Assembly (NCBI GenBank): GCA_963823035.1
Contig: CAWGKG010000004.1
Location: 288,001 to 352,000 of the forward strand
Source of the DNA: an uncultured Gemmatimonadales bacterium
Lineage (GTDB): Bacteria > Gemmatimonadota > Gemmatimonadetes > Longimicrobiales > Gaopeijiaceae
Direction: 5' to 3'
DNA length: 64,000 nt
In this document: in pieces, positions 53,726-62,873 of the stretch
Layout of the letters: every line of letters starts with the position of its first letter
How positions within the stretch are numbered: position 1 is the stretch's first letter
Position numbers and translations under genes: made by a program
The notes under the pieces: model-generated
Told to the model about the DNA's origin: nothing
The model's input: the letters and a program-made list of their open reading frames with translations, nothing else
Databases searched by the model: none

Positions 53726-54217
53726 TCAGCCGCCCGTGAAGACCTGGGAGCGGATCTTCCAGCTACGCCCCTTGAGCAGGTAGACCGTCACGAACGGGCC
53801 GGAGCGCTGGGTGCCGTTCTCCGTGAGCTGGTAGTTGCCGTACACGACGGCCATCCCGCCGCTGGCGTCGAAGTCCAGCATGAAGGCCTCGACCTCGCCG
53901 CGCAGGGGAAGCGTCTCCTCCAGGTGCGTCCGGATGGCATCCCGTCCGCGCAGGGGCGCCTGGTCGGGCTCGATCAGGACCGCGTTCTCCCAGTAGAGAT
54001 CGGCCACCTCGTCGGCCCGGTCGGCCTTCCAGGCGCGCGCCCAGTCGGCCATGAGCTTGTTGAGCTTCTCGAGCACCTCGGCGTGGTACTCGGCGTAGAT
54101 CCCGCGCGTGTCCACGGGCGGGTAGCCGGGCGCCTGCGCCGAGAGGGGGTGGGCGCCGACCGCGTACGCGCAGGACGCGAGCGCCAGGAGGGGGAGGATA
54201 CGTCGGATGCGTCGCAT
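53726..54217 (-). CDS. exported NTF2-like (DUF4440/SnoaL-like) protein
   Basis: Signal peptide; ADLYWENAVL..PLRGRDAIR, G.FVTVY..WKI. Confidence 0.8.
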   Translation of the reverse strand: MRRIRRILPLLALASCAYAVGAHPLSAQAPGYPPVDTRGIYAEYHAEVLEKLNKLMADWARAWKADRADEVADLYWENAVLIEPDQAPLRGRDAIRTHLEETLPLRGEVEAFMLDFDASGGMAVVYGNYQLTENGTQRSGPFVTVYLLKGRSWKIRSQVFTGG

Positions 54218-54360
54218 CGTGAGGCGGCGGAGACGGTTCGTCGGGCGGTTGGAAGAGGTTACGCGGGAGCGGCCGGCAGCTTACCAGGCCTGCGGGCACG
54301 GCGGAAGGGGGCGGGCTGCTAGGATGGCGTGGTCGGTCCGCGCGCGGTACTCCTGCAGCC

Positions 54361-55182
54361 ATGGATGCGCACACGTTGCCCGCCGGCACCCGCATGGGGC
54401 GCGTGCGTCTGCGCGTCGCGTCGCTGGAGCGCGAGCGAGCCTTCTACCGGGACGTGCTCGGCTTCGAAGTCCACGACGACGACGGGGCCACGGCCGTGCT
54501 CGGCGTTGCGGACGGCGCTCCCCTCCTGGAGCTCCGGGCCGCCCCGGGAGCACCGCGCCGGCCCGCCCGTGCGACCGGCCTCTTCCACGTGGCCTTCCTG
54601 CATCCCACGCGCGCCGACCTCGCGGCCACGCTCCACCGCGTGCGTCGGGAGGGGTACCGCATCGACGGGTTCGCCGATCACAACGTGTCGGAGGCCGCCT
54701 ACCTCACGGATCCGGAGGGCAACGGGCTCGAGCTCTACTCCGACCGCCCGCGCGAGGTGTGGGCCGCGCCCGACGGCGGCATCCACATCACCACGGAGCC
54801 GCTCGACCTGGCGGGGCTGCTCGCGACCGCACGGGCCCCGTCCGGAGGGATCGCGCGGGGCACCGTGGTAGGTCACGTGCACCTGCGCGTGTCGTCGCTC
54901 GCGGCCGCCGAGGCCTTCTACGTGGACCGCCTGGGCTTCGAGGTCGTCACCCGCGCCTACCCGGGCGCGCTCTTCGTCTCGGCGGGGGGCTACCACCACC
55001 ACCTGGGGTTGAACGTCTGGGGAGGGAGGGCGACCGCTCCTCCCGAAGGCGCCCTCGGGCTCGCGTCGTTGGCCGTGGTCGTGCCGGAACAGGCGGACCG
55101 CGCGCGCGTCCTGGAGTGGACGGGCGCACCGACGCTGCTCGACGCGGACGGGAACGGCGTGCGCGTCGTCCCTGCCGACTAG
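54361..55182 (+). CDS. VOC family protein (CatE-like catechol 2,3-dioxygenase)
   Basis: GLFHVAF, DHNVSEAAYLTDPEGNGLELYSDRP, GHVHLRV, AGGYHHHLGLNVW. Confidence 0.9.
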   Translation: MDAHTLPAGTRMGRVRLRVASLERERAFYRDVLGFEVHDDDGATAVLGVADGAPLLELRAAPGAPRRPARATGLFHVAFLHPTRADLAATLHRVRREGYRIDGFADHNVSEAAYLTDPEGNGLELYSDRPREVWAAPDGGIHITTEPLDLAGLLATARAPSGGIARGTVVGHVHLRVSSLAAAEAFYVDRLGFEVVTRAYPGALFVSAGGYHHHLGLNVWGGRATAPPEGALGLASLAVVVPEQADRARVLEWTGAPTLLDADGNGVRVVPAD

Positions 55183-55726
55183 CGCCCGCCGCCCTCTCCC
55201 CACCCCCAGAAGGGGAGGTTGACGCCCAGCGTCAGGTAGCGCGGCTTCACGCGCGCGTCCACGAAGACCCAGCGGATCTCGATCTGCGCCGTGAGCGGGA
55301 GTACGCCGAGCTGCCCCGTGCGCAGTCCAGCCACGACGTCGGCCCATCGCTTCGTCTCGCGGCCGGGCGTGGAGTCCTGGTAGATCGTGTCGCGCCACAC
55401 CAGCCCGCCGCCGAGGTAGATCCCGCCGCGGCGGCCGCCGCTCAGCACGACGGCGTCCACGCCGTACTGGTACTCCTTGAGCCCGGTCAGGAACGTGATG
55501 TCTCCGTTCGGCACCAGCTCCACGTAGCCCGAGGGGAGGATCGGGATCCTCAGCTGCGCGCCCGCCACCGAGCCCGTGGAGTTGTAGTCGTATCCGAAGT
55601 GCACGCCGACCTGAGGCGGCGCCCATCCACCCCCCCGGGCGCGGAGCGGGGTCGCAGCTGCGCCGACACCGACAGGGGTGCGAGCAGGAGGGCGAGCGCC
55701 AAGGCGGCCGAGAACATGCGGTGCAT
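55179..55726 (-). CDS. small outer-membrane beta-barrel-like protein (frameshift near 55635)
   Basis: Signal peptide MHRMFSAALALALLLAPLSVSAQ; amphipathic strands including IYLGGG and YLTLGVNLPF. Confidence 0.6.
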
Positions 55727-55927
55727 GCGAGGGATCCGGTCGAGGGGGGTGGGGTGGACCTCTCCGTTTAACCTCCGAAACGGCCGTCGCGTTCCTCTCC
55801 CGGGCCGTGTGGGCGGGTCGGCAGCCCTCGAGGGCGCGCCCCCGTTCCAACCTCCCCGCAACGGCCTCCGTCCAAGGATACGAGCACGGATCCGGATCGA
55901 AGGACGCGAATCGGGGAGGGACGGAAG

Positions 55928-56830
55928 ATGCTGCGCGCACTCAGATGGACGGCGTTGTTCCTGGGGTATGGGTTGGTGGGGTTCAGTGGGGACCTGGCGG
56001 CTGCGCTGCTCGCGGGGGAGCCCGCGCTCTCCCGGAACGTCGAGGTACGTGTGGACCTCCCGGACTTCGACGTGCAAGTGGAGCCGGCCCACTCCGGGCG
56101 CTGCGCCTACGAGGCCGAGCGCAAGGTGTCCCTCACCGCTTCTGCGGCGGAATGGCTGCGTCTGGACGCCGGCTCCGGGGAGCTCACCATCGAGGGGCGG
56201 GCCGGTCTGGATCGCGTCCAGGCGGTCGGGCGGGCGTGCGCTTCCGACGAGTCCTACCTGGAGGAGCTCACCCTCACGCTCGAGCGGCGCGGCGACGACG
56301 TCGTACTCGCCACCCACTATCCGAACCGCAACGGACGCGGCGGATGGCACGGGGAGGACTACGCACGCATCGACCTCGTCGTGGAGGTGCCGCTCGACAT
56401 GGCGGTGGACCTCGAGGACTCGTCGGGCGGGATGGACATCACCGGCACCGGTGAGCTGCGCATCGACGACTCCTCCGGCGAGATCTTCGTGCACGGCGTG
56501 AACGGCGCGGTGTGGATCGACGACTCCTCGGGCTCCATCGACGTGCGCGACGTGGTGGGCGACGTGGAGGTCGACGACGGCTCCGGCGAGGTGGAGCTGT
56601 CGAACGTGCAGGGCTCGGTTCTCGTCCGCGACGGCTCGGGCGGGATCGACGTGGCGGAGGTGAAGGGGGACGTGGTCATCGGCGACGACGGTTCGGGCTC
56701 GATCGACGTGCGCGACGTCGAGGGCGACTTCACCGTGCGCTCCGACGGGAGCGGTGGGATCCGCTTCAGTGGCATCGGCGGTACCGTGGACGTCCCCGCC
56801 GACAAGCGCCGACATCGGCGCGGCGGCTGA
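55928..56830 (+). CDS. DUF4097-like beta-strand repeat protein
   Basis: About six 19-20 aa repeats of (I/V)xD(S/G)SG(S/E/G)IxVxxVxGxV; LVVEVP motif. Confidence 0.85.
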   Translation: MLRALRWTALFLGYGLVGFSGDLAAALLAGEPALSRNVEVRVDLPDFDVQVEPAHSGRCAYEAERKVSLTASAAEWLRLDAGSGELTIEGRAGLDRVQAVGRACASDESYLEELTLTLERRGDDVVLATHYPNRNGRGGWHGEDYARIDLVVEVPLDMAVDLEDSSGGMDITGTGELRIDDSSGEIFVHGVNGAVWIDDSSGSIDVRDVVGDVEVDDGSGEVELSNVQGSVLVRDGSGGIDVAEVKGDVVIGDDGSGSIDVRDVEGDFTVRSDGSGGIRFSGIGGTVDVPADKRRHRRGG

Positions 56831-56859
56831 CCGGGTCGGAGCAACCTCGAGCGTCGGGC

Positions 56860-57291
56860 TCAGTCGGCCAGGACGCTCGGAAGGGCGGCGCCCGAGGCCG
56901 AGAGGTCCTCGATCGTCGTCCCGTCGAGGAAGGTCCGTACCTGCCGCGACGCGCTCTTCCAGCGGGAGTGGGCGGCGCAGGGGTTGGCGTCGCTGCACCG
57001 CTCCCTTCCCAGGAGGCAGTCGGAAGCCGTCGTGATCTCGTCGAAGGGTCCGATGACGGTCGCGAGTCGCAGCTGGGAGGGGGGCCGTCCCAGACGGAAG
57101 CCCCCGTGGGGCCCCCGCGTGGACGTGAGCACGCCCTCACGGGCGAGCACATGCAGGATCTTCGACAGGTAGTTGCGCGGCACGTCCAGCGCCTCGGCGA
57201 TGTCGTCGACCCGCACGGGTTCCTCGCCCTCGACCTCCGCCAGGTGGAGCACCGCCCTGAGTGCGTACACCGCGGTCTGGGAGAGAATCAC
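56860..57291 (-). CDS. Rrf2 family Fe-S transcriptional regulator
   Basis: YALRAVLHLA, YLSKIL, STRGPHGGF, CLLGRERCSDANPCAAH (3 Cys plus His). Confidence 0.93.
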   Translation of the reverse strand: MILSQTAVYALRAVLHLAEVEGEEPVRVDDIAEALDVPRNYLSKILHVLAREGVLTSTRGPHGGFRLGRPPSQLRLATVIGPFDEITTASDCLLGRERCSDANPCAAHSRWKSASRQVRTFLDGTTIEDLSASGAALPSVLAD

Positions 57292-57344
57292 GGCCGTTCC
57301 GTCCTTGCCTCTTGGGTCTTGCCGTCTCGAGGACGACCCTTCTT

Positions 57345-57366
57345 TTCATCATGATGATATGATGAA
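57345..57366. promoter_or_regulatory. putative Rrf2 operator
   Basis: TTCATCAT-N6-ATGATGAA perfect inverted repeat in an AT-rich island about 55 bp upstream of the Rrf2 start. Confidence 0.65.
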
Positions 57367-57638
57367 TTAGACGACGCAAGGCCCTCGGCCCGCGGACGCC
57401 GCTCGCTCCTCGGCCCGGAACGGGAAGGTGGACGTGGACCCCGGGGGTGTGGCATTGATTACGCTCGACCCGGAAGGGCGCAAGTTGGAGTATCGCACGG
57501 AGAAGGGAGCGAGCCGGTGAGGGCGGTCTACCATCTCATGGTCATGGCGTACGTCCGCGCGGACGTCGTGGCCGGGACACGCGCCGGCCGCCCTGGCCCT
57601 CCCGCGGTTCGCCGTGCTGCTCGCGCGGGGCTGGGCCC

Positions 57639-58476
57639 GTGCTGAAGCTCCTGGTGGCCCTGGGCGTGCTCATCGTGGTCGTCGTCGTGGGATTCGGGCT
57701 CCTCCTCGTCTCGCGTGGGCGCGCCGCGCAACGACCGCGACTGGGCCGCCGACCACGCGCGGCCCGCCCGTATCGAGCTCGGCGCGGAAGAGGTGCGCAT
57801 CCACGACCTGCGCGACTTCCGGCACCTCGCGGACGGCACGTTCGAGGAGGGGTATCGCGACGAGAGCTACCGACTCGACGACGCCCGCGCCGTCTGGTTC
57901 GTCCTGGCGCCCTTCGCGAACCGCTTCCGGGGGCTTGCGCACGGCTTCGTGAGCTTCGAGTTCACGGGAGGGCGCTACGTGGCCGTCTCGATCGAGGCGC
58001 GGCGGGAGGAGGGGGAGAGCTACGCCCTTCTCGGCGGGATGCTGCGGGACTTCGAGGTGACGTACGTGGTGGGGACGGAGGAGGACCTGATCGGGCAACG
58101 CGCGGCGCGCGGCGACACGCTCTTCCTCTATCCGTCCAGGGCGACGCCGGAGCAGACGCGCGCGCTCTTCGTGGACATGCTCGGACGTGCCGGCGCGCTC
58201 CAGGAGCACCCGGAGTACTACAACACGCTGGTGCACAACTGCATGACGATGCTGCGCGACCACGTGAACCGCATCGCGCCGGACCCCCTGCCGTGGGGGT
58301 GGGGCATCCTCCTGCCGGGCTTCTCCGACAAGCTGGCGCTCGACCACGGCTTGCTGGCGACCGATCTGGACCTCGACCAGGCACGCGCCCGCTTCCGCGT
58401 GGACCGGGCCGCGCGTGATGCCCTCGGCACGGGGGAGGCGTTCGGGACGCGGATCCGGGAAGGGCTGTCGCCGTAG
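57639..58476 (+). CDS. DUF4105 (Lnb N-terminal-like) domain protein; frameshift near 57715
   Basis: N-terminal TM; NDRDW, AHGFVSFEF, SIEARREEGESY, YYNTLVHNC. Confidence 0.85.
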
Positions 58477-58478
58477 GT

Positions 58479-59760
58479 CTAGTGCCCCCGGCGCCGCGCC
58501 CGGATGAAGACCTGGATCTCGTCGGGGCGCGGGTTCTCGTACCGGATCTCGATCCGTCCGTCGTCGGTCTCCCGCACCACGCCGGGGATCGCGTTCGCGG
58601 TCAGGTACCACCCCTCCGGGAGCACCACGGTGTTGCGCGCCCGGCCGAAGCCGCGGTCCCAGACGAGGGCGTCGCCGTCCACCACGTAACGCCCGGGATC
58701 GGTGTACGTCTCCCAGATGCGCAGGCGCGTGGACGCACCCGTTTCCAGGGCGTCGTACCAGATCACCACGACGTGGGCGTCCGCGCCGGCCTCGTCGCCC
58801 ACGTCGACGCCCCGTGCCGCGAGCTGCGCGCCGGTGAGCTGCTCGACGCGCAGGCGCTCTCCCGTATCCAGGTTCCACGCCTCGGGGTCCGAGGCGGAGC
58901 TCCCCGCGCGCACGACGTTCAGGTAGTGGTCCATGCCCGCCCGCTTCTCCGTGTAGTCGTGGAAGAGGCGGAAGGCGTGCGTCTCCGGCTGCTGGAGGAA
59001 GTAGGTGATGTCCCGGTCCTGGAAGGCGCGCTCGGGAAACGTCCACCCGACGCGCGCGCTCTGCGGCGCGCCACCCCCGCCGGTGGGCACGGGCGACCGT
59101 CCCGTGGGCGGGAGCAGCGTTGTGCGTACCGACCGGCAGCGGGCGGCCGCGCACGCGGAAGTCCACCGCGCCGGGGCCGGGGTTCATGAAGCTGACGCGC
59201 ACGCGTCCGTCCTCCTCGGTGTCCACCTGCACCGGGTAGTTGGCGCCGACGAGCTCGTAGCCCGCGGGAAGCACCACGGAGTTGCGCCGGATGCCGAGGG
59301 AGCGGTCGAAGACGATGTCGAGCCCGTCGGCGTAGTAGCTCTTCTTATCGATGTAGGTCTTGTCGATGCGCACGCGGCCCTGGCCACCCTCGGGGACCGG
59401 GCGAGCGAGCGTCACCTTGATGAAGCGTCCGTCGAGGCTCGCCCGGGGGTGTCCGTTCGCGCGGGCGTACGCCCCGTCCACCACCTCCCACGCGAGCGGC
59501 GCGCCGGTGTGGAGGTCGGTGACGCCGTGCACCTCCTCCTCGGCTCCCTCACGGATCCCGTTGTAGAAGAAGCGGGCACCGCCCGTCGTGGCCGTGACGT
59601 CGTAGATGATGTGGAAGGCCCCGCTGCCCGGCGCCTCGAGCTCGTAGCGGGTGTAGTCGTCCGTCTGCGTCTGCGGCGCGTCCTGCGCCCGCAGCGGGTG
59701 GCAGAGCGACAGCGCCGCGAGGGCGGCAAAGGTGGGCAGAGGGTGAGCGACGAACCGCAT
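58479..59760 (-). CDS. exported hypothetical protein with two tandem homologous domains; frameshift near 59090
   Basis: Signal peptide; two copies of Y.L..P....F..YD.T...G...Y.N..R.G and DR..G..RN.VVLP.G..L. Confidence 0.75.
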
Positions 59761-59873
59761 GGAGCCTCCTCGGACGATGGACCGACGGGCCCCCGCACGA
59801 GAAGCCCGTCCCGCCGCGCCCACACTACCAGCCCGCCGCTCGGCGGGCCAGCCGTCCGGGCCCCGCCGGCCCG

Positions 59874-60425
59874 CTACTCGAGAAGCCCCTCGGAGACCGC
59901 GCGCAGAACGTCGCCGGAGGTGACGATCCCCTCGAGCCGATCGCCGTTCACCACTACGGCACGGTGGATGCGCCCGCGCACCAGGAAGTCGGCGAGCTCA
60001 CGGACGGTGGCGTCGGGCCGCACGGAGAAAGCCACCGGCGTCATGATGTCCGAAACCGCAACGGCGTCCAGCTCGGTCTCGGCGAACTGCTCGAGGAATC
60101 CCTCGCGGTTGAAGGGGGAGTCCTCCGGGAGGAAGAAGCCGTAGGGGTCGGAGTCCTCCTCTTCCTGGTCGTCGGGCTCGTGGATGAGCGCGTGGTCGGA
60201 GAGCGAAGGCGGACTCGAGGACGAGGCGACGTGCACGTCCGCGTCCTCCGCCGCCAACCGCACCACGTCCGTGGCCGACACCACACCGAGCAACTCTCCA
60301 TGTCGACCCACCACCGGGGCGCCGCTGATCTCCTCGTCCGCAAGGAGCCTGGACAGCTGTCGGACCGTGGTCTCGGGCGTGACCGTCACCACCGAAGCCT
60401 GCATGATGTCACGTACGGTGAGCAT
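59874..60425 (-). CDS. CBS domain pair protein with acidic insertion
   Basis: VRDIM..VVTVTPE, ISGAPVV, GVVSATD; VSDIMT, IHRAVVV, GIVTSGD. Confidence 0.9.
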   Translation of the reverse strand: MLTVRDIMQASVVTVTPETTVRQLSRLLADEEISGAPVVGRHGELLGVVSATDVVRLAAEDADVHVASSSSPPSLSDHALIHEPDDQEEEDSDPYGFFLPEDSPFNREGFLEQFAETELDAVAVSDIMTPVAFSVRPDATVRELADFLVRGRIHRAVVVNGDRLEGIVTSGDVLRAVSEGLLE

Positions 60426-60466
60426 GGCCCACCTCCTTGCGGGCCGGCCGTGGGCCGGCGACGCGG

Positions 60467-61366
60467 TCAAGGTGCGGGATGGTAGAGCAGGATGGGCAAG
60501 TGGCTTCCCCGAAGTACCTTGTCGGCCGTGCTCCCGAGGAGGGCGCGCGTCAGTCCCGTGCGTGCATGGGTGGCCATGGCGATGAAGTCGCAGTCGGCCC
60601 CTTCCGCCTCCGAGAGGATGCCGTGCCCGGGCTGCGCCACCAGGACGACGTTGTGGTCGACGCGCAAGCCACGCTCGCGCAGGCGCTCGACGTGCTCCAG
60701 CAGGTAGCCCTCGGCCGCGTCGCGTGCCTCGTCCACGAACTGCTGGTTCATCTGCATCGTGTGGGGGAGGTAGGGGCTGTTGAACTGCATCGGGTACGGC
60801 ACCACGCGCACCAGGTGGAAGTCGGCGTCGAAGAGGGTCCCGAACTCGACCGCGTGGTCCAACACGCTCTCGGACAGCTCGCTGCCGTCCAGCGGGATCA
60901 GCATGCGCGTGAGCTCGACCGATCGGGACAGGTCGGGCTGCGCGCCCGACTCCTCGGGGCGCACGAGCAGGAGCGGACGCGAGGTGTGGTGCAGGAACGC
61001 ATCGGCCACGCTGCCCAGCCACGCGCGCGAGAGCATCCCGCGCCCATGGGTGGCCATGACGATCAGGTCGACGGCCTTCCGCTCCGCTTCCTGCTCGAGC
61101 ACCTCCACGACGTGGCCGGCTCCCAGGTCGGCCGTGACCTCACCGGTCGCCTGGCTGCGCACGCGCTCGAGCACGTTGGCCTGGTAGCTCTGCGTCCACT
61201 CCTCGGCCGCGTTCTCCCACTCGTCGTAGGCGAACGAGGGGATCGGCTCCTGAACGGTGATCAGGTGGATGTGGGCACCGGTATGGCGGCTTATGGCAAG
61301 GGCGAGGGGAAGGGCGGACTCCGCGAAGCGGGACCCGTCCAGGGGCACCATGATCTGGCGGTACAT
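60467..61366 (-). CDS. tandem universal stress protein
   Basis: Two PLDGS..AES/SES domains; MATHGRG..LGSVA and MATHARTG..LGSTA. Confidence 0.93.
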   Translation of the reverse strand: MYRQIMVPLDGSRFAESALPLALAISRHTGAHIHLITVQEPIPSFAYDEWENAAEEWTQSYQANVLERVRSQATGEVTADLGAGHVVEVLEQEAERKAVDLIVMATHGRGMLSRAWLGSVADAFLHHTSRPLLLVRPEESGAQPDLSRSVELTRMLIPLDGSELSESVLDHAVEFGTLFDADFHLVRVVPYPMQFNSPYLPHTMQMNQQFVDEARDAAEGYLLEHVERLRERGLRVDHNVVLVAQPGHGILSEAEGADCDFIAMATHARTGLTRALLGSTADKVLRGSHLPILLYHPAP

Positions 61367-61387
61367 GGAATCCTCCGCGCTGGTTCG

Positions 61388-61410
61388 GGCGGCGGAGGCG
61401 CTCCGCCGCC
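61388..61410. other. intergenic hairpin between kinase and usp
   Basis: GGCGGCGGAG-GCG-CTCCGCCGCC perfect 10-bp stem; no U-tract. Confidence 0.4.
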
Positions 61411-61420
61411 AGCGTTTCCT

Positions 61421-62539
61421 TCAGAAGGAAACGGAGCCGCTCTGGTGGGGCGTGGTTGCAGCGGTGGCGAGCTCTTCACTCTCGACGAGTCCGTCGACCA
61501 GCCGGTCCACGGTACCTTGGCACTGTCCGGGCTCCCGTCTCGGGGCGAAGGGGATGACCACGCGAACGCGGGTGCCTCTGCCGGGTCCAGACTCCAGCGA
61601 CAGCTCACCTTGAACATAACCGGCCCGCTCGTGCATCCCGAAGAGCCCCAGGCTCGTTCCGGTCTGCGCGAGCGCTGTGCCGAGGTCGAATCCGCGGCCG
61701 TCGTCGACGATCTGCGCGACCACCGACTCGCCCTCCCGGCTGAAGTGCACCTCCACGCTGTCGGCTCCCGAGTGGAAGACGGCGTTGCTCAGCGCCTCCT
61801 GGACGATGCGGAAGAGCGCCAGGGACGACTCGCGCGAGAGGGGCGGCACGTCCCCCAGGAACCTGAACTCGATGCGGCGGCCCTCTCCCAGGGAGCGGGC
61901 GTGGGCCTCGAGCGCCACCTTGACGCCGAGCTCGTCCAGCTCGGGGGGGCGCAATCGCCGAGCGACACCTCGGATCTCTTCGAGGGCGCTGACCACTTCT
62001 TCGCGGATCTCGGTGATGGAACCATCCGCACCACTCGAAAGGTGCCGCTCGGCGATACGCAGCCTCACCAGGACGCCCGCGAGCGTCTGGGCCGTGCCGG
62101 AATACAACTCGTGCGCGATGCGCTGACGCTCACGCTCCTCGGACTCGAGGACCCGCCGAGCCAGCTCCTGCTGGCGGGTCCGGTTGGCGGAGATCGCGTC
62201 GAGCATCTCGTTGAACGTGTCCGTGACGCGTTGGAGACGAGCGTCGGCGACAGGCGAGCCCGGCGCGCGGGCCTCGATCTCGCCGCGCCCGACACGGCTG
62301 GCGGCCTGCTCCAGCTCGTGCAACGGGGAGAGCGCGAGGCGCACCAGCCAGGCGTCCACGAGAACGCTCGCCACGAGGACGAGCAGGCCCACGGCGACGG
62401 CCGCGACCGCCGCCGGGCCGGGCAAACCCCTCCCCACTCCGGACGCGAGGCCCGCACCCACGATCGCTGCCAGCACGACCAGAGCCGCATTGGCGAGAAC
62501 GATCTTCCAGAAGAGCGAGAGCCTCAACAACGCGCGCAC
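61421..62539 (-). CDS. 2-TM HAMP HisKA_3 sensor kinase-like protein with degenerate H-box (His to Tyr)
   Basis: Two TMs, HAMP (PLHEL...FNEML), ERERQRIAHELYSGTAQ, LRPPELDELG, QEALSNA, DDGRGF, GLFGMHER. Confidence 0.9.
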   Translation of the reverse strand: MRALLRLSLFWKIVLANAALVVLAAIVGAGLASGVGRGLPGPAAVAAVAVGLLVLVASVLVDAWLVRLALSPLHELEQAASRVGRGEIEARAPGSPVADARLQRVTDTFNEMLDAISANRTRQQELARRVLESEERERQRIAHELYSGTAQTLAGVLVRLRIAERHLSSGADGSITEIREEVVSALEEIRGVARRLRPPELDELGVKVALEAHARSLGEGRRIEFRFLGDVPPLSRESSLALFRIVQEALSNAVFHSGADSVEVHFSREGESVVAQIVDDGRGFDLGTALAQTGTSLGLFGMHERAGYVQGELSLESGPGRGTRVRVVIPFAPRREPGQCQGTVDRLVDGLVESEELATAATTPHQSGSVSF

Positions 62540-62823
62540 TCGGGAAGTCCGTGGAGAACTTCCCGGCGCACCTCCGGATGCACCGATGTCGGCCGGCGCC
62601 TGGTGGAGGGAAGGGCGTCGCAGGGTTCCTGGTCACGTCTTCCGGAGTGGAGAGGGCGGCTGAGCATGCTATGTGGAATCGGCAGGCGTGTCGCCCGCCG
62701 GGAAGCCGTTCGGAGACGGGGGACTCGCGGGACCCGCCGTCTCGCGTAAATTCTCGGGTTGGGCGGGTCCTGGGGCTGTCAGGGACTATGCGCCCCCCGA
62801 GGTGGGAAATGCGCCGCCGGGAA

Positions 62824-62842
62824 TGTGGGGGTTTTCTCCACA
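62824..62842. promoter_or_regulatory. candidate NarL-type response regulator site
   Basis: TGTGGGG-GTTTT-CTCCACA near-palindrome; related GTGGAGAA at 62551 and GTGGGAAA at 62803. Confidence 0.4.
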
Positions 62843-62873
62843 CCTCGCGCGACGGGAGAGGAGCTTTGAGCGG

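Noticed and set aside
5570..56501. Many long antisense or off-frame ORFs (e.g. 5570-7882, 37400-39856, 43542-46214, 54207-56501)
   Set aside because: Arg/Gly/Pro-rich shadows of real genes, expected in high-GC DNA with few stop codons; no motifs.
56400..56790. Periodic repeats resembling a CRISPR or tandem array
   Set aside because: Degenerate in-frame coding repeats of a DUF4097-like protein; no identical repeats with spacers and no cas genes.
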